A DNA stretch of 64,000 nt from Chthonomonadales bacterium. Its GTDB lineage: Bacteria; Armatimonadota; Chthonomonadetes; Chthonomonadales; CAJBBX01. The translations under genes were made by a program, and so were the position numbers. Below are positions 39,965 to 48,770 of this stretch, in pieces; the stretch's first letter is position 1, and each line of letters starts with the position of its first letter. The notes under the pieces were generated by a model, which had not been told where the DNA came from, did no database searches, and was given only the letters and a program-made list of their open reading frames with translations. Location of the stretch: the NCBI GenBank assembly GCA_037443035.1, contig JBBIPC010000006.1, positions 32,001 to 96,000 on the forward strand. Direction: 5' to 3'.

Positions 39965-40812
39965 GCAGCGAGTTCCCCGTAGAGGTCTGGCCTGCGGTCT
40001 CCTACAGTGTCCTGTTCCCACTCCCCTTCCTCGATGACGATGCGCTTCGTCCTGGACCGCTGGGGATGAACGTCTGCGATAAGGACCGTCTCCTCATCGC
40101 CAGCCGATGCTAGGACGAAGCCGTCCGGCGCTACGATCTCACTGCGGCCGATGAAGCGCCTGCCGCGCTCCGTGCCGGTTCGATTCGCCGCGACAATGTA
40201 GACGCCGTTCTCTCGAGCACGGGCACGGAGCACATACTCTGGAGCGCTCTCGGCGCCTTCGGGCCAATTGGTGGGTAGCGCGATGATGTCGGCGCCGCGG
40301 AGAGTCACCACTCGGGCGGCTTCTGGGAACCTGATGTCGTAGCAGATCATGGGAGCCACACGCATGCCCAACACTTCGACCACATCCAGCGAGTCGCCGG
40401 CAGTCACGAAGCGATCGGCTCCAAGGGTCGGCAAGTGCGTCTTCCGATAGACGTGAGGCACACTCATATCAGGGCCCGCGACTATCGCCGCATTGTAAAC
40501 ACGCCCCTGGGGGCCTTGCTCGAGGAATCCGACGATACCGGTGATTCCAGACTCCCGACAAGTCTCGTGGAAAACGTGCAGAGGCTCGGCCAAGTCCCGA
40601 CCATTTCCAGAGGCCAGAGCGTAATGCTGTGCCTCCTCGATGGTGCTGAAGCAATAGCCGCACAGCGCGCATTCCGGGAAGACGACGAGCGATGCACCGT
40701 CGCGTGCGGCATCACGGAGAAAGCCCAAGACCCGCTCCAGGTTGTGGCGAATCTCTCCGATCTGGACGTCCATCTGCACTGCGGCGATGCGCAGGCTATC
40801 GGTTACTCCCAC
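39961..40812 (-). CDS. carbon-nitrogen hydrolase (nitrilase superfamily)
   Basis: Glu-Lys-Cys triad: FPEC, YRKTHL, ICYDIRFPE; RARENGVY. Confidence 0.93.
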   Translation of the reverse strand: MGVTDSLRIAAVQMDVQIGEIRHNLERVLGFLRDAARDGASLVVFPECALCGYCFSTIEEAQHYALASGNGRDLAEPLHVFHETCRESGITGIVGFLEQGPQGRVYNAAIVAGPDMSVPHVYRKTHLPTLGADRFVTAGDSLDVVEVLGMRVAPMICYDIRFPEAARVVTLRGADIIALPTNWPEGAESAPEYVLRARARENGVYIVAANRTGTERGRRFIGRSEIVAPDGFVLASAGDEETVLIADVHPQRSRTKRIVIEEGEWEQDTVGDRRPDLYGELAA

Positions 40813-41624
40813 AGTAGGTCCTCCGCTCGGAACACGGGCCCTTCATGGCAGGCCCGCAGATACTCGTAGCCTTCGTCGGACCCAGGGGATCGGACTTTCA
40901 CGACACAGCCCATGCACACTCCGACACCACAGATCATGACGGTTTCCATTGAAAGATAGCACTCGATCCCGTGCTCGACACAGTAGTCTCCGACAGCTCG
41001 AAGCATGGCTTCCGGACCGCATGCATAGACAACCGCCTTCTTGTCAGCATGGGCGCCTAACTCCTGCAACGCATCGAGGACCGTGCCGCGCCGTCCTGCG
41101 CTCCCGTCATCGGTCGTCACGCGGACGTCAACACCGAGCCGCCGGAAGTCTTCCAGAGCCACGAGCATGGAGGCAGTTCGTGCGCCGTTGATCACGGTGA
41201 TTCTAGGGGCCGATGCATCGAGGTGCAACGTGGCTGCCAGAAAGGCTAGCGGAGGCGCACCGACGCCGCCTGCACATAGCACCACGTGCGAATACGAAAC
41301 CGGCGTGTATTTGAAGCCGTTGCCCAGGGGACCGACGACGGAAACGGAATCACCGACTCCAAGACGTGCCATGCCCTGGGTGAACCGCCCTCGCGCAACG
41401 TAGACGATATCGAAGCTGCCCGCCTCGGCATCTGCGGCTAGGAGGCTGAATGGGCGGCGCATGTGAGGCCCGTAGGTGTCGGTGTACAGAAGGTGCACGA
41501 ACTGCCCGGGGGTGCAATGCTTCGCAACCTGAGGTGCCAACAGGCTCAGGCGGTATATCTGTGGGCCTACTTGTGTATGATCCAGGATCGGAGCCAGGAC
41601 TTGGAAGGGCATGGTGATCCGCAC
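40803..41624 (-). CDS. pyrK: dihydroorotate dehydrogenase B electron transfer subunit
   Basis: PGQF, RRPFS, GPLGNGF, AGGVG, CGPEAM, MICGVGVCMGC...C..GPVF 2Fe-2S motif. Confidence 0.93.
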   Translation of the reverse strand: MRITMPFQVLAPILDHTQVGPQIYRLSLLAPQVAKHCTPGQFVHLLYTDTYGPHMRRPFSLLAADAEAGSFDIVYVARGRFTQGMARLGVGDSVSVVGPLGNGFKYTPVSYSHVVLCAGGVGAPPLAFLAATLHLDASAPRITVINGARTASMLVALEDFRRLGVDVRVTTDDGSAGRRGTVLDALQELGAHADKKAVVYACGPEAMLRAVGDYCVEHGIECYLSMETVMICGVGVCMGCVVKVRSPGSDEGYEYLRACHEGPVFRAEDLLWE

Positions 41625-41712
41625 TGTTTCGGTTGGGACTACCCGACAAGGTGCGTGCCCCGATCCCCGACGGGCTCAGGGCACAGGTGAACATGCTACC
41701 CGACAAGCACCG

Positions 41713-42957
41713 CTATCGCCACGGATCGTCTTCGATGAGTACGTACCCAGCCCCCAGGATCTGCGTGGGTTCTCCTTCGAACTTCAACGCGATGACGGTG
41801 TCGAGCGGTTCCGGAGCTTCTTTCGGTAGCCCTCGTAAGACGAGACGATCCCGCACTTGCTCGAAAGGTACAGTCGGTCCACCGTACAGCCTGGCTTCCT
41901 TGATCTTGCAGACTAGTCCGCCGATGGCGAGCTGTTCTCCCGGCCAGCGGTTGCAGTGGAAGAAGAGGGTGTCCCCCTTGCGCGTGAACGCGCCCGTGAT
42001 CTGCCATTCCTGTTGCATGGGGTCCGTCGCCTCGTAGATGGTTTCGCCGTACCGAGCCATCCAGTCGCCGACCTCTTCGAGCACGCTGTCGCACGGGGGT
42101 GGAACGTCTCCCTGGGGTGTCGGCCCGATGTTGAGGAGCAAGTTGCCCCCACCGGCGGCGCACTGCCGTAGCATGGCGACGACGTCCCATGCCGTTTTCC
42201 ACTTCTTGTCAATGGGCGTGTAACCCCACGACTCGTTGAAGGTCATGCAGGCTTCCCACATGCGGCCGCTCTTCTCGGGTGTGATGTGCTGTTCTGGCGT
42301 GCCAAAGTCCTCGGGAAGTTGGGACCGGTTGTTGATGACGATGTCGGGTTGAAGCTGACGCACCATGGCGTTCATCTTCGCCGACTCCCAGCCCTCGACA
42401 TCGAGAGGCCAAGAGACGTCGTACCACATGATGTCTATCTTGCCGTAGTTCGTGCACAGCTCCCGGACCTGTCCGTGGATGTAGTCCACGAATCGGCGCC
42501 TGGCGGCCTCGTCCTTCTTGCACTTGGCTCCGTCGGGATGATGCCAGTCCATCATGCTATAGTAGAAACCCACGCGCAGACCTTCTGCGCGCGCGGCCTC
42601 CACGTATTCAGCGACAAGATCGCGTCCCGGACCATGCTTGGGAGCGCAGTAGTCGGTGAGTGCCGAATCGAACAGGCAGAAACCCTCATGATGTTTGGTC
42701 GTCATGACCATGTAGCGCATGCCCGCGCGTTTGGCCAGTCGGGCCCATTCGCGGATGCACCCTGGGCGTGGCTTCCATGTGTCGGCAAGTGGTTCGTACT
42801 CCGCGATGGGTATACGCTCACGGTTCATTACCCATTCATGGCGTCCCAGTTGCGAGTAGAGTCCCCAGTGAATGAACATGCCGAAGCGCGCGGCCCGAAA
42901 CCACGCGAGCCGTCTCTCGCGGTCCTGCTCCTCCGGAGGCAAAGTGCTCTCTGTCAT
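41713..42957 (-). CDS. alpha-L-fucosidase (GH29)
   Basis: WFRAARFGMFIHWG, TTKHHEGF, IMWYD nucleophile, GNLLLNIGP. Confidence 0.94.
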   Translation of the reverse strand: MTESTLPPEEQDRERRLAWFRAARFGMFIHWGLYSQLGRHEWVMNRERIPIAEYEPLADTWKPRPGCIREWARLAKRAGMRYMVMTTKHHEGFCLFDSALTDYCAPKHGPGRDLVAEYVEAARAEGLRVGFYYSMMDWHHPDGAKCKKDEAARRRFVDYIHGQVRELCTNYGKIDIMWYDVSWPLDVEGWESAKMNAMVRQLQPDIVINNRSQLPEDFGTPEQHITPEKSGRMWEACMTFNESWGYTPIDKKWKTAWDVVAMLRQCAAGGGNLLLNIGPTPQGDVPPPCDSVLEEVGDWMARYGETIYEATDPMQQEWQITGAFTRKGDTLFFHCNRWPGEQLAIGGLVCKIKEARLYGGPTVPFEQVRDRLVLRGLPKEAPEPLDTVIALKFEGEPTQILGAGYVLIEDDPWR

Positions 42958-43098
42958 GTTGCCATGTCCCTCCAGTCGTATGGTTGATCTGTCGCTATTT
43001 CGTCGTCCAGCGTCGAACTCCTGTCGGGAAACCGCCCTTCACCCGCGACTCGTACATAGCTGAAAGATCGGGATCAACCATTCGGGGGTGGCTACATC

Positions 43099-43752
43099 AT
43101 GAGGGACAGATCGCCTGCCAACGGTTCCATCCTGTTGGCCGCGCTTCTCGGGGTTGTGATCGGTGCTATCGGTGGTTACTACGGGCGATTCTGGGTCGAG
43201 AAGGACTCAGCACCGAGCCTGCCCCCAGGCACCCGTACGGGCGTCTCTGCACGATCCCCGACTCAGGCACCAGTCATGCCAGCGATGGGCGGAGCGATGG
43301 GCGTGGCATCGGCGTCGGAACCCGGGTTTGCCTTGGCACGCACCGTCCGCAGCCTAGCGACGATTCAGCGCGTCCAGGGCAAGGGCCTAGCCCGTGACCA
43401 AGCGAAGGCTCTCCTTCCACTGCTCAAGAAGTTCCGACAAGCCGACAGGCTGCCGGCATCGGAGACAGGCGCGAGCCTGGACACCATTATGAAGGCGCTC
43501 TCCGAGGAGCAACGGAACGCTCTAGGCTCCATGAACCCATTTCGCAGGGCTTCGGGCGCGGCTGGGAGGACGAGCGCTCCATCAGGGCCACCAACCCGCC
43601 CGGTCATCGCTGGGCTGGCATCACCAGGAAGTGCCGGAGCGGGGGGGCCTGGCATGGGGTTGTCCATGGACCCTGAACGGCCATTCGCTGACGAGCGAAA
43701 TCGGGCGGCGCTCGACGAGCTGATCGGAATGCTCGAGAAGCTCGCAAAATAG
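43099..43752 (+). CDS. hypothetical membrane-anchored protein
   Basis: N-terminal TM helix; LARDQA/LSEEQ helical segments; low-complexity linkers. Confidence 0.65.
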   Translation: MRDRSPANGSILLAALLGVVIGAIGGYYGRFWVEKDSAPSLPPGTRTGVSARSPTQAPVMPAMGGAMGVASASEPGFALARTVRSLATIQRVQGKGLARDQAKALLPLLKKFRQADRLPASETGASLDTIMKALSEEQRNALGSMNPFRRASGAAGRTSAPSGPPTRPVIAGLASPGSAGAGGPGMGLSMDPERPFADERNRAALDELIGMLEKLAK

Positions 43753-43796
43753 GCATCATACGAGGCGGCTGCGGTACGCAGTACTCCCAGTTGCGC

Positions 43797-46379
43797 TTAT
43801 CCCGTTACAACCAAAGATGTACCATGCACAAGATTCACAGGGGATGCGAGGACGATCCGACCGGCCAGCGAACTGCAAGGGCGTTCGACTCCGTCCACGC
43901 TGACGGTGCATGATCCGGGATCCACGAGTGGTACCTCCAGTACCTGCAGCGGCACCTCACCCCACAGGATCTGCAGAGTCGTCTGAAGTCTATCACCTAC
44001 GCGCCCCATGCTTGCGACACCCCACGCCGTACCAGCGGTGAAGAACGTCCGGAAGGGATACTCGGCGCGGCACGGTACGATCCGCAGGAGGCCCTTCGTT
44101 GCATCGTAATGGTAGCCCGACAGCGCCAGCAGCACACTCCACGACGACATTGCGCGTGCGTAGTGATGGCCGCACTCCGGTTCATTCCACGGATTGCGCT
44201 TGGCACCGTCATGCCGCGAACGGACTGTACGGACGACTTCGAGGCCTTCGTCTGTGAAGCCCTCGTAGACCAAGTGGGCGGCCACCTGGTACTCGATACC
44301 TGTCCAGACCTCGTCAGCGTAGGGGAACGGATACGCGGGACGACCGCCTTGCGGCCAGGTGCAGAGGAGTAGACCGCCTTCGTCATTGAGCGCGTAAACT
44401 CGCTGGACGCTTTGATGGTCGCTGAGGTCGCGTCGGAAATTGTGCTGGTAGATGGCACGGATGGAGGAGCGCACAGCGTCACCCGGCAGCAGATCGCCAA
44501 GCCCAACCACTCGTGCGAACCACTGACCCAGAAGGTGGTCAGACAGGCAGCCCTGTCCGTATTGGTACCGAGGATAGTCGGAGGAGTCGGGCTGCAGGGC
44601 TGACGTCTCGAGGCCGGAGCCAGGCTTCAGAACGATCTGTTCGAAGTAGGACCCGTTCCAGAGCAGCTCCATATGTCTGCGCCGACCTTTCTCGAACACA
44701 TCCCGGTAGCGGTCGGCAGTCTCCTCTTTCCCCAAGGCTCGTGCCATCTCTTCCGCCGCTCGGAGGGCGCCAAGGTAGAGGGTACCCATCATGGTATTGG
44801 GTCCGTGGAACTCGATATCGTATGTGTTGTGTTGTTCGCCTTCCATGACGCCGTCCTGGTCAGCATCCCATCCACCTGGGCGCCACGCATACTCCAGCGC
44901 TCTCGTAACACCGGGCCACATACGCTCGAGGAAGGTCCGGTCGCCGCACTGAAGCCATTCCCGATACACCTTCAAGATGGTGCCCATCTGGCCGTCTGCG
45001 GCTGGTTTGAAGTCCCATAGCTGCGGACCGAGTGGCAGCAACGTGCGAAATGCCATGTCTCCATCCTGCCGCGTGTTGTGGCAGAAATCTGTCTCGCGCA
45101 TGGTGCGCTCGAGCTGGGGAAACAGGAAGGCCAACGCCTGCTCGTAGTTCCATACATGGGTGCAGTTCATAGGGCAACAGCCGCTGTTGTCACCACATCC
45201 TTCGAACCCATGGAACCGACCATCTTCGGTGCGAATGCAGGTGGTGGTGCGGATGGTGGACATGTTGGCGGACACTGCGTCGAGGACCTCGGCAGGCAGC
45301 GTGCTGTCGAAAAAGGCCGTGGTGAACGTATCCGTCTCCGCAGCCAGCTTCGGCAGCTCTGCCACGACGTACCTCGCTACCGCCCAGGCGTCAGGCCACT
45401 GGGTGGCGTACCAATTGCCCAATCGGCGTCCCCGTACAGCCTCCTCGGAGTTCCAGTAGTTGTACAGGTTAGGAAAATGCCAGCTAACGACATACGGTAC
45501 CGTCACGCTTCCACCTGGGGGTAGATGCGCGCGTACTCCCAGGGAGCCAACGTCGGACTGTCCGTCAGGACTGGGCTCAGGTTCCGGACCGTTCGCAAGA
45601 AGGCCGTCGCTGGCAAAGTCATCCCAGAACGCCTGTACATCATCCCACCAGCCCGCGCGCTCCCAGCGCGTCAGATACGTAACATCGTGGGAAGTCGTGG
45701 CGACGGCCATGGAGCCAAAACGCACGTCCTGCGGACTGTACTTCTTCGTCGCCATGGCCAGGCCACTCACATCGCGATCCTCGACGAAGCGGTTCACGTT
45801 GCGCCCGAGCTGGGGATGGTACCGGTTTCCTGGCATCTCGGTACCGTCAAGGCCGCACGCGTTCAGAATGCTGAGACAGAGAGTGACACTGACGTCGTGA
45901 GGGGTCGGATTCTTCACGGTCCATGCGAACACCGCACAGGGGAGTCCGCTGATCATGTCGTCCATGGGAACGAAGGGGTTGAACGCTTCCAGTGTAACCT
46001 CGACAGGCAGACGGTCGTCTAGAAACTCGAGCCGTGCCACCGGGTATGCACCCGTAAAGACCACTTCGGCGAGTCGAGGAAGACCGCTGACAAGGCCGGT
46101 AGGCAGGCCGGAGCCGGCATCATAGGGCGGCAAGATGCGGCGCTCGAGGACCCTGGCGAGCGGCGGTTGGTCTGCTAGCTGGGCCCAGATGGCGAAGAAC
46201 GTATACGGTAGGTGACGGCCCTTTGCGGGACGGTTGAATATCTCCCAGTCGCACAGATTTCCCCGTCCTCCCAGCGACACGGTGCCTGTCCCGATGCCAC
46301 CGAGCGGGAAAGCGATGCGACGGAGGCTCTCGCCAGTGAAGCGACGTGCGTTGAGTGCTATGCGATCCCAGGAAAACAC
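43797..46379 (-). CDS. GH116 family glycosidase
   Basis: FPLGGIGTG, WEIFNRP, GFEG, CTHVWNY, ADGQMG, HNTYDIE, EVWTGIEY, ECGHHYAR. GTG 46379 after GAGGAGG. Confidence 0.9.
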   Translation of the reverse strand: MFSWDRIALNARRFTGESLRRIAFPLGGIGTGTVSLGGRGNLCDWEIFNRPAKGRHLPYTFFAIWAQLADQPPLARVLERRILPPYDAGSGLPTGLVSGLPRLAEVVFTGAYPVARLEFLDDRLPVEVTLEAFNPFVPMDDMISGLPCAVFAWTVKNPTPHDVSVTLCLSILNACGLDGTEMPGNRYHPQLGRNVNRFVEDRDVSGLAMATKKYSPQDVRFGSMAVATTSHDVTYLTRWERAGWWDDVQAFWDDFASDGLLANGPEPEPSPDGQSDVGSLGVRAHLPPGGSVTVPYVVSWHFPNLYNYWNSEEAVRGRRLGNWYATQWPDAWAVARYVVAELPKLAAETDTFTTAFFDSTLPAEVLDAVSANMSTIRTTTCIRTEDGRFHGFEGCGDNSGCCPMNCTHVWNYEQALAFLFPQLERTMRETDFCHNTRQDGDMAFRTLLPLGPQLWDFKPAADGQMGTILKVYREWLQCGDRTFLERMWPGVTRALEYAWRPGGWDADQDGVMEGEQHNTYDIEFHGPNTMMGTLYLGALRAAEEMARALGKEETADRYRDVFEKGRRRHMELLWNGSYFEQIVLKPGSGLETSALQPDSSDYPRYQYGQGCLSDHLLGQWFARVVGLGDLLPGDAVRSSIRAIYQHNFRRDLSDHQSVQRVYALNDEGGLLLCTWPQGGRPAYPFPYADEVWTGIEYQVAAHLVYEGFTDEGLEVVRTVRSRHDGAKRNPWNEPECGHHYARAMSSWSVLLALSGYHYDATKGLLRIVPCRAEYPFRTFFTAGTAWGVASMGRVGDRLQTTLQILWGEVPLQVLEVPLVDPGSCTVSVDGVERPCSSLAGRIVLASPVNLVHGTSLVVTG

Positions 46380-46559
46380 GGAGTATCCTCCTCTGGCGCG
46401 TCTCGCATGCCGCGGAGACACGCCGCCGCGGAAGCGATTCGCTGGAGGATGACGGATTCCTGCTCCTGTCTTGCGTATAGAGCCGTAAGAATGGGCGGTC
46501 GGCCGGTGAAACCGTAAGAAGGCGAGGGTGTCTAGAGCCAAGGGAAGGGGAATGCGCTG

Positions 46560-47507
46560 TTGAGTTACGCGACGCTTGTTACACAAGCCAGACGGATCGT
46601 GGAATCGGTCGAGATCGCCATACGAGGCAAACGCGACGTCATAGAGGCCGCCGTCGGGGCACTACTGGCGAACGGTCACCTGCTCATCGAAGACATCCCG
46701 GGAGTAGGCAAGACGACACTTGCCAAGGCGATCGCCCGTTCGGTGGGTTGCGAGTTCAAGCGCATCCAGTTCACGCCCGACCTCCTGCCTTCCGACTTGA
46801 CCGGCACGTCGATCTTCAATCAGAAGCGGGGCGAGTTCGAGTTTCGGCCCGGCCCAGTGTTCGCCAACATCGTTCTCGCAGACGAGATCAATCGTGCGAC
46901 ACCGAAGACGCAGTCCGCCCTGCTGGAGTGCATGGAAGAGCGTCAAGTGACCGTGGACGGCTGCACGTATGCGCTTCCCGGGCCGTTCTTTGTTATTGCC
47001 ACGCAGAACAATATCGAGCTGCAAGGCACTTATCCCCTGCCCGAGGCTCAGCTCGATCGGTTCATTGCTCGCATCTCCATCGGCTATCCGAGCACGGAGG
47101 TCGAGCTGGAGATCCTCGGGGCGCAGGCTCGATCCCAGTTGGTCGAGCAGATCCGTCCTGTCATGACGGCGGAAGACGTCGTGGAGCTTCAGGCTGCGGT
47201 ACGTGAAGTCCGCGTCGATCCATCCCTGCAGAGGTACATCGTCTCGATCGTCTCCAACACGCGTCGAGACAATGACCTCTATCTCGGGGCGAGCCCACGC
47301 GGGTCGTTGGCGCTGATGCGCTTGGCACAGGCACGGGCCATGCTGAACGGGCGAGCGTATGTGTTGCCCGACGATGTCAAGGCCTGCGCCGTCAGCGCTT
47401 TGGCCCATCGTGTGATACTCAAGTCCGATTCCCGTGTGCGCGGCATATCCGCAAACACGCACATCGAGGACCTTCTCATGGACGTGCGCGTGCCAGTCGA
47501 ACCGTAA
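46560..47507 (+). CDS. MoxR family AAA+ ATPase
   Basis: EDIPGVGKT, RIQFTPDLLPSD, LADEINRA, TQN...PLPEAQLDRF, GASPR. Confidence 0.95.
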   Translation: MSYATLVTQARRIVESVEIAIRGKRDVIEAAVGALLANGHLLIEDIPGVGKTTLAKAIARSVGCEFKRIQFTPDLLPSDLTGTSIFNQKRGEFEFRPGPVFANIVLADEINRATPKTQSALLECMEERQVTVDGCTYALPGPFFVIATQNNIELQGTYPLPEAQLDRFIARISIGYPSTEVELEILGAQARSQLVEQIRPVMTAEDVVELQAAVREVRVDPSLQRYIVSIVSNTRRDNDLYLGASPRGSLALMRLAQARAMLNGRAYVLPDDVKACAVSALAHRVILKSDSRVRGISANTHIEDLLMDVRVPVEP

Positions 47508-47516
47508 AGACTGTCC

Positions 47517-48770
47517 ATGTCCCACGTGAAGCTCACCACCATCGTGACCACGGCAGTGTTCCTGGCGGCTGCCGGAACCGTCGCCAATGGCTGGCAGTTG
47601 TATTTCATGGCAGGCATCGTTCTGAGCTTGCCACTCGCCTCCGCAGCGATAGCGCGCCTTTCCCTCATGAACTTGGTCGTCGAGCGTGTGCTGCCTCCCC
47701 ATGCCTGGGTCGGCGAGGACATCCCCATCACGCTGCGCATACGAGCCCGCGACTCCTGGCCCCGTATCGGCATGCAGGTCCGAGAGACCGTAGGGGACTA
47801 CCTGGAGAACGTAGACGAACACCCCAGTGTCTTCGATATCCCGCCACGCGCTACGGCCGAGGCGCAGTACCACGTCAAGGCGGCGAAGCGGGGCGTGTAC
47901 AACCTGGAAGCGCTGGAAATCGGTGCGCACGATCCTCTGGGTCTATTCGTCCTGGAGTTGTCGCAGCCGGCATACCAGCAGTTGGAGGTTCTGCCGGTTC
48001 CGGAGCCGTTGCCGTATGTTGAGGCTATGGGGTTCGACCAGCAACAATACCACGACGTGCCGTACGCGGTTGTCAGGGGAAGCGGCATGGACCCGCACGG
48101 CGTAAGACAATACATGCCAGGAGATCCTCTGCGCCGCATGCACTGGAAGACCGTTGCGCGCACCGGCGAGTTCCACGTCATCGAGTTCGAGGAACCACGC
48201 GCTGTCTCTGTGACCATCGTGCTCGACTGTTTCGAGGGCGGGAACCATGGCACGGGACCGACAAGCTCGTTCGAACTTCTCGTCCGCACGGCCGCGTCGC
48301 TCGCCGACATGGCGATACGTCAGGGGAGCGAGGTATGTCTGATCTGCACCGATCCAACCGGAGTTGCTGAGGAACCTGGCAGAGGCCAGCAACACTTGCT
48401 GGCCATGCTGTCCTCCCTGGCTCGTGTCCAACCGGCTGCGCGTACGCGCATCGGCTCGAGCCTCGAGCACGTTCGCCGCCAGGTCATGCCTGGAAGCACC
48501 GTCTTCGTTCTGACGGGTGATACAGACGAGGAACTTGTCGAAGCAGTACACTTGCTTCGGGCTCAGGGCGCGTTCCCTGCGGTGTTCTGGGCCGATCCCA
48601 GTGCGTTCAGCGGAGGATCTCTACTCTCGGACGCGCTGGCGCGGCTGGGATGGCATGGCACTGCTGACGCGAACTTCAAGGACTCCCTCCTGGCCACTCA
48701 GGTCGCCATGTTCACTGTGGAGCTTTCTGAACGCGGAACGCTACTCGTGGAGCCTCCTGCCGATGCCTGA
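47517..48770 (+). CDS. DUF58 domain protein
   Basis: N-terminal TMs, RGVY...DPLGLF, VRQYMPGDPLRRMHWKTVAR. Confidence 0.92.
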   Translation: MSHVKLTTIVTTAVFLAAAGTVANGWQLYFMAGIVLSLPLASAAIARLSLMNLVVERVLPPHAWVGEDIPITLRIRARDSWPRIGMQVRETVGDYLENVDEHPSVFDIPPRATAEAQYHVKAAKRGVYNLEALEIGAHDPLGLFVLELSQPAYQQLEVLPVPEPLPYVEAMGFDQQQYHDVPYAVVRGSGMDPHGVRQYMPGDPLRRMHWKTVARTGEFHVIEFEEPRAVSVTIVLDCFEGGNHGTGPTSSFELLVRTAASLADMAIRQGSEVCLICTDPTGVAEEPGRGQQHLLAMLSSLARVQPAARTRIGSSLEHVRRQVMPGSTVFVLTGDTDEELVEAVHLLRAQGAFPAVFWADPSAFSGGSLLSDALARLGWHGTADANFKDSLLATQVAMFTVELSERGTLLVEPPADA

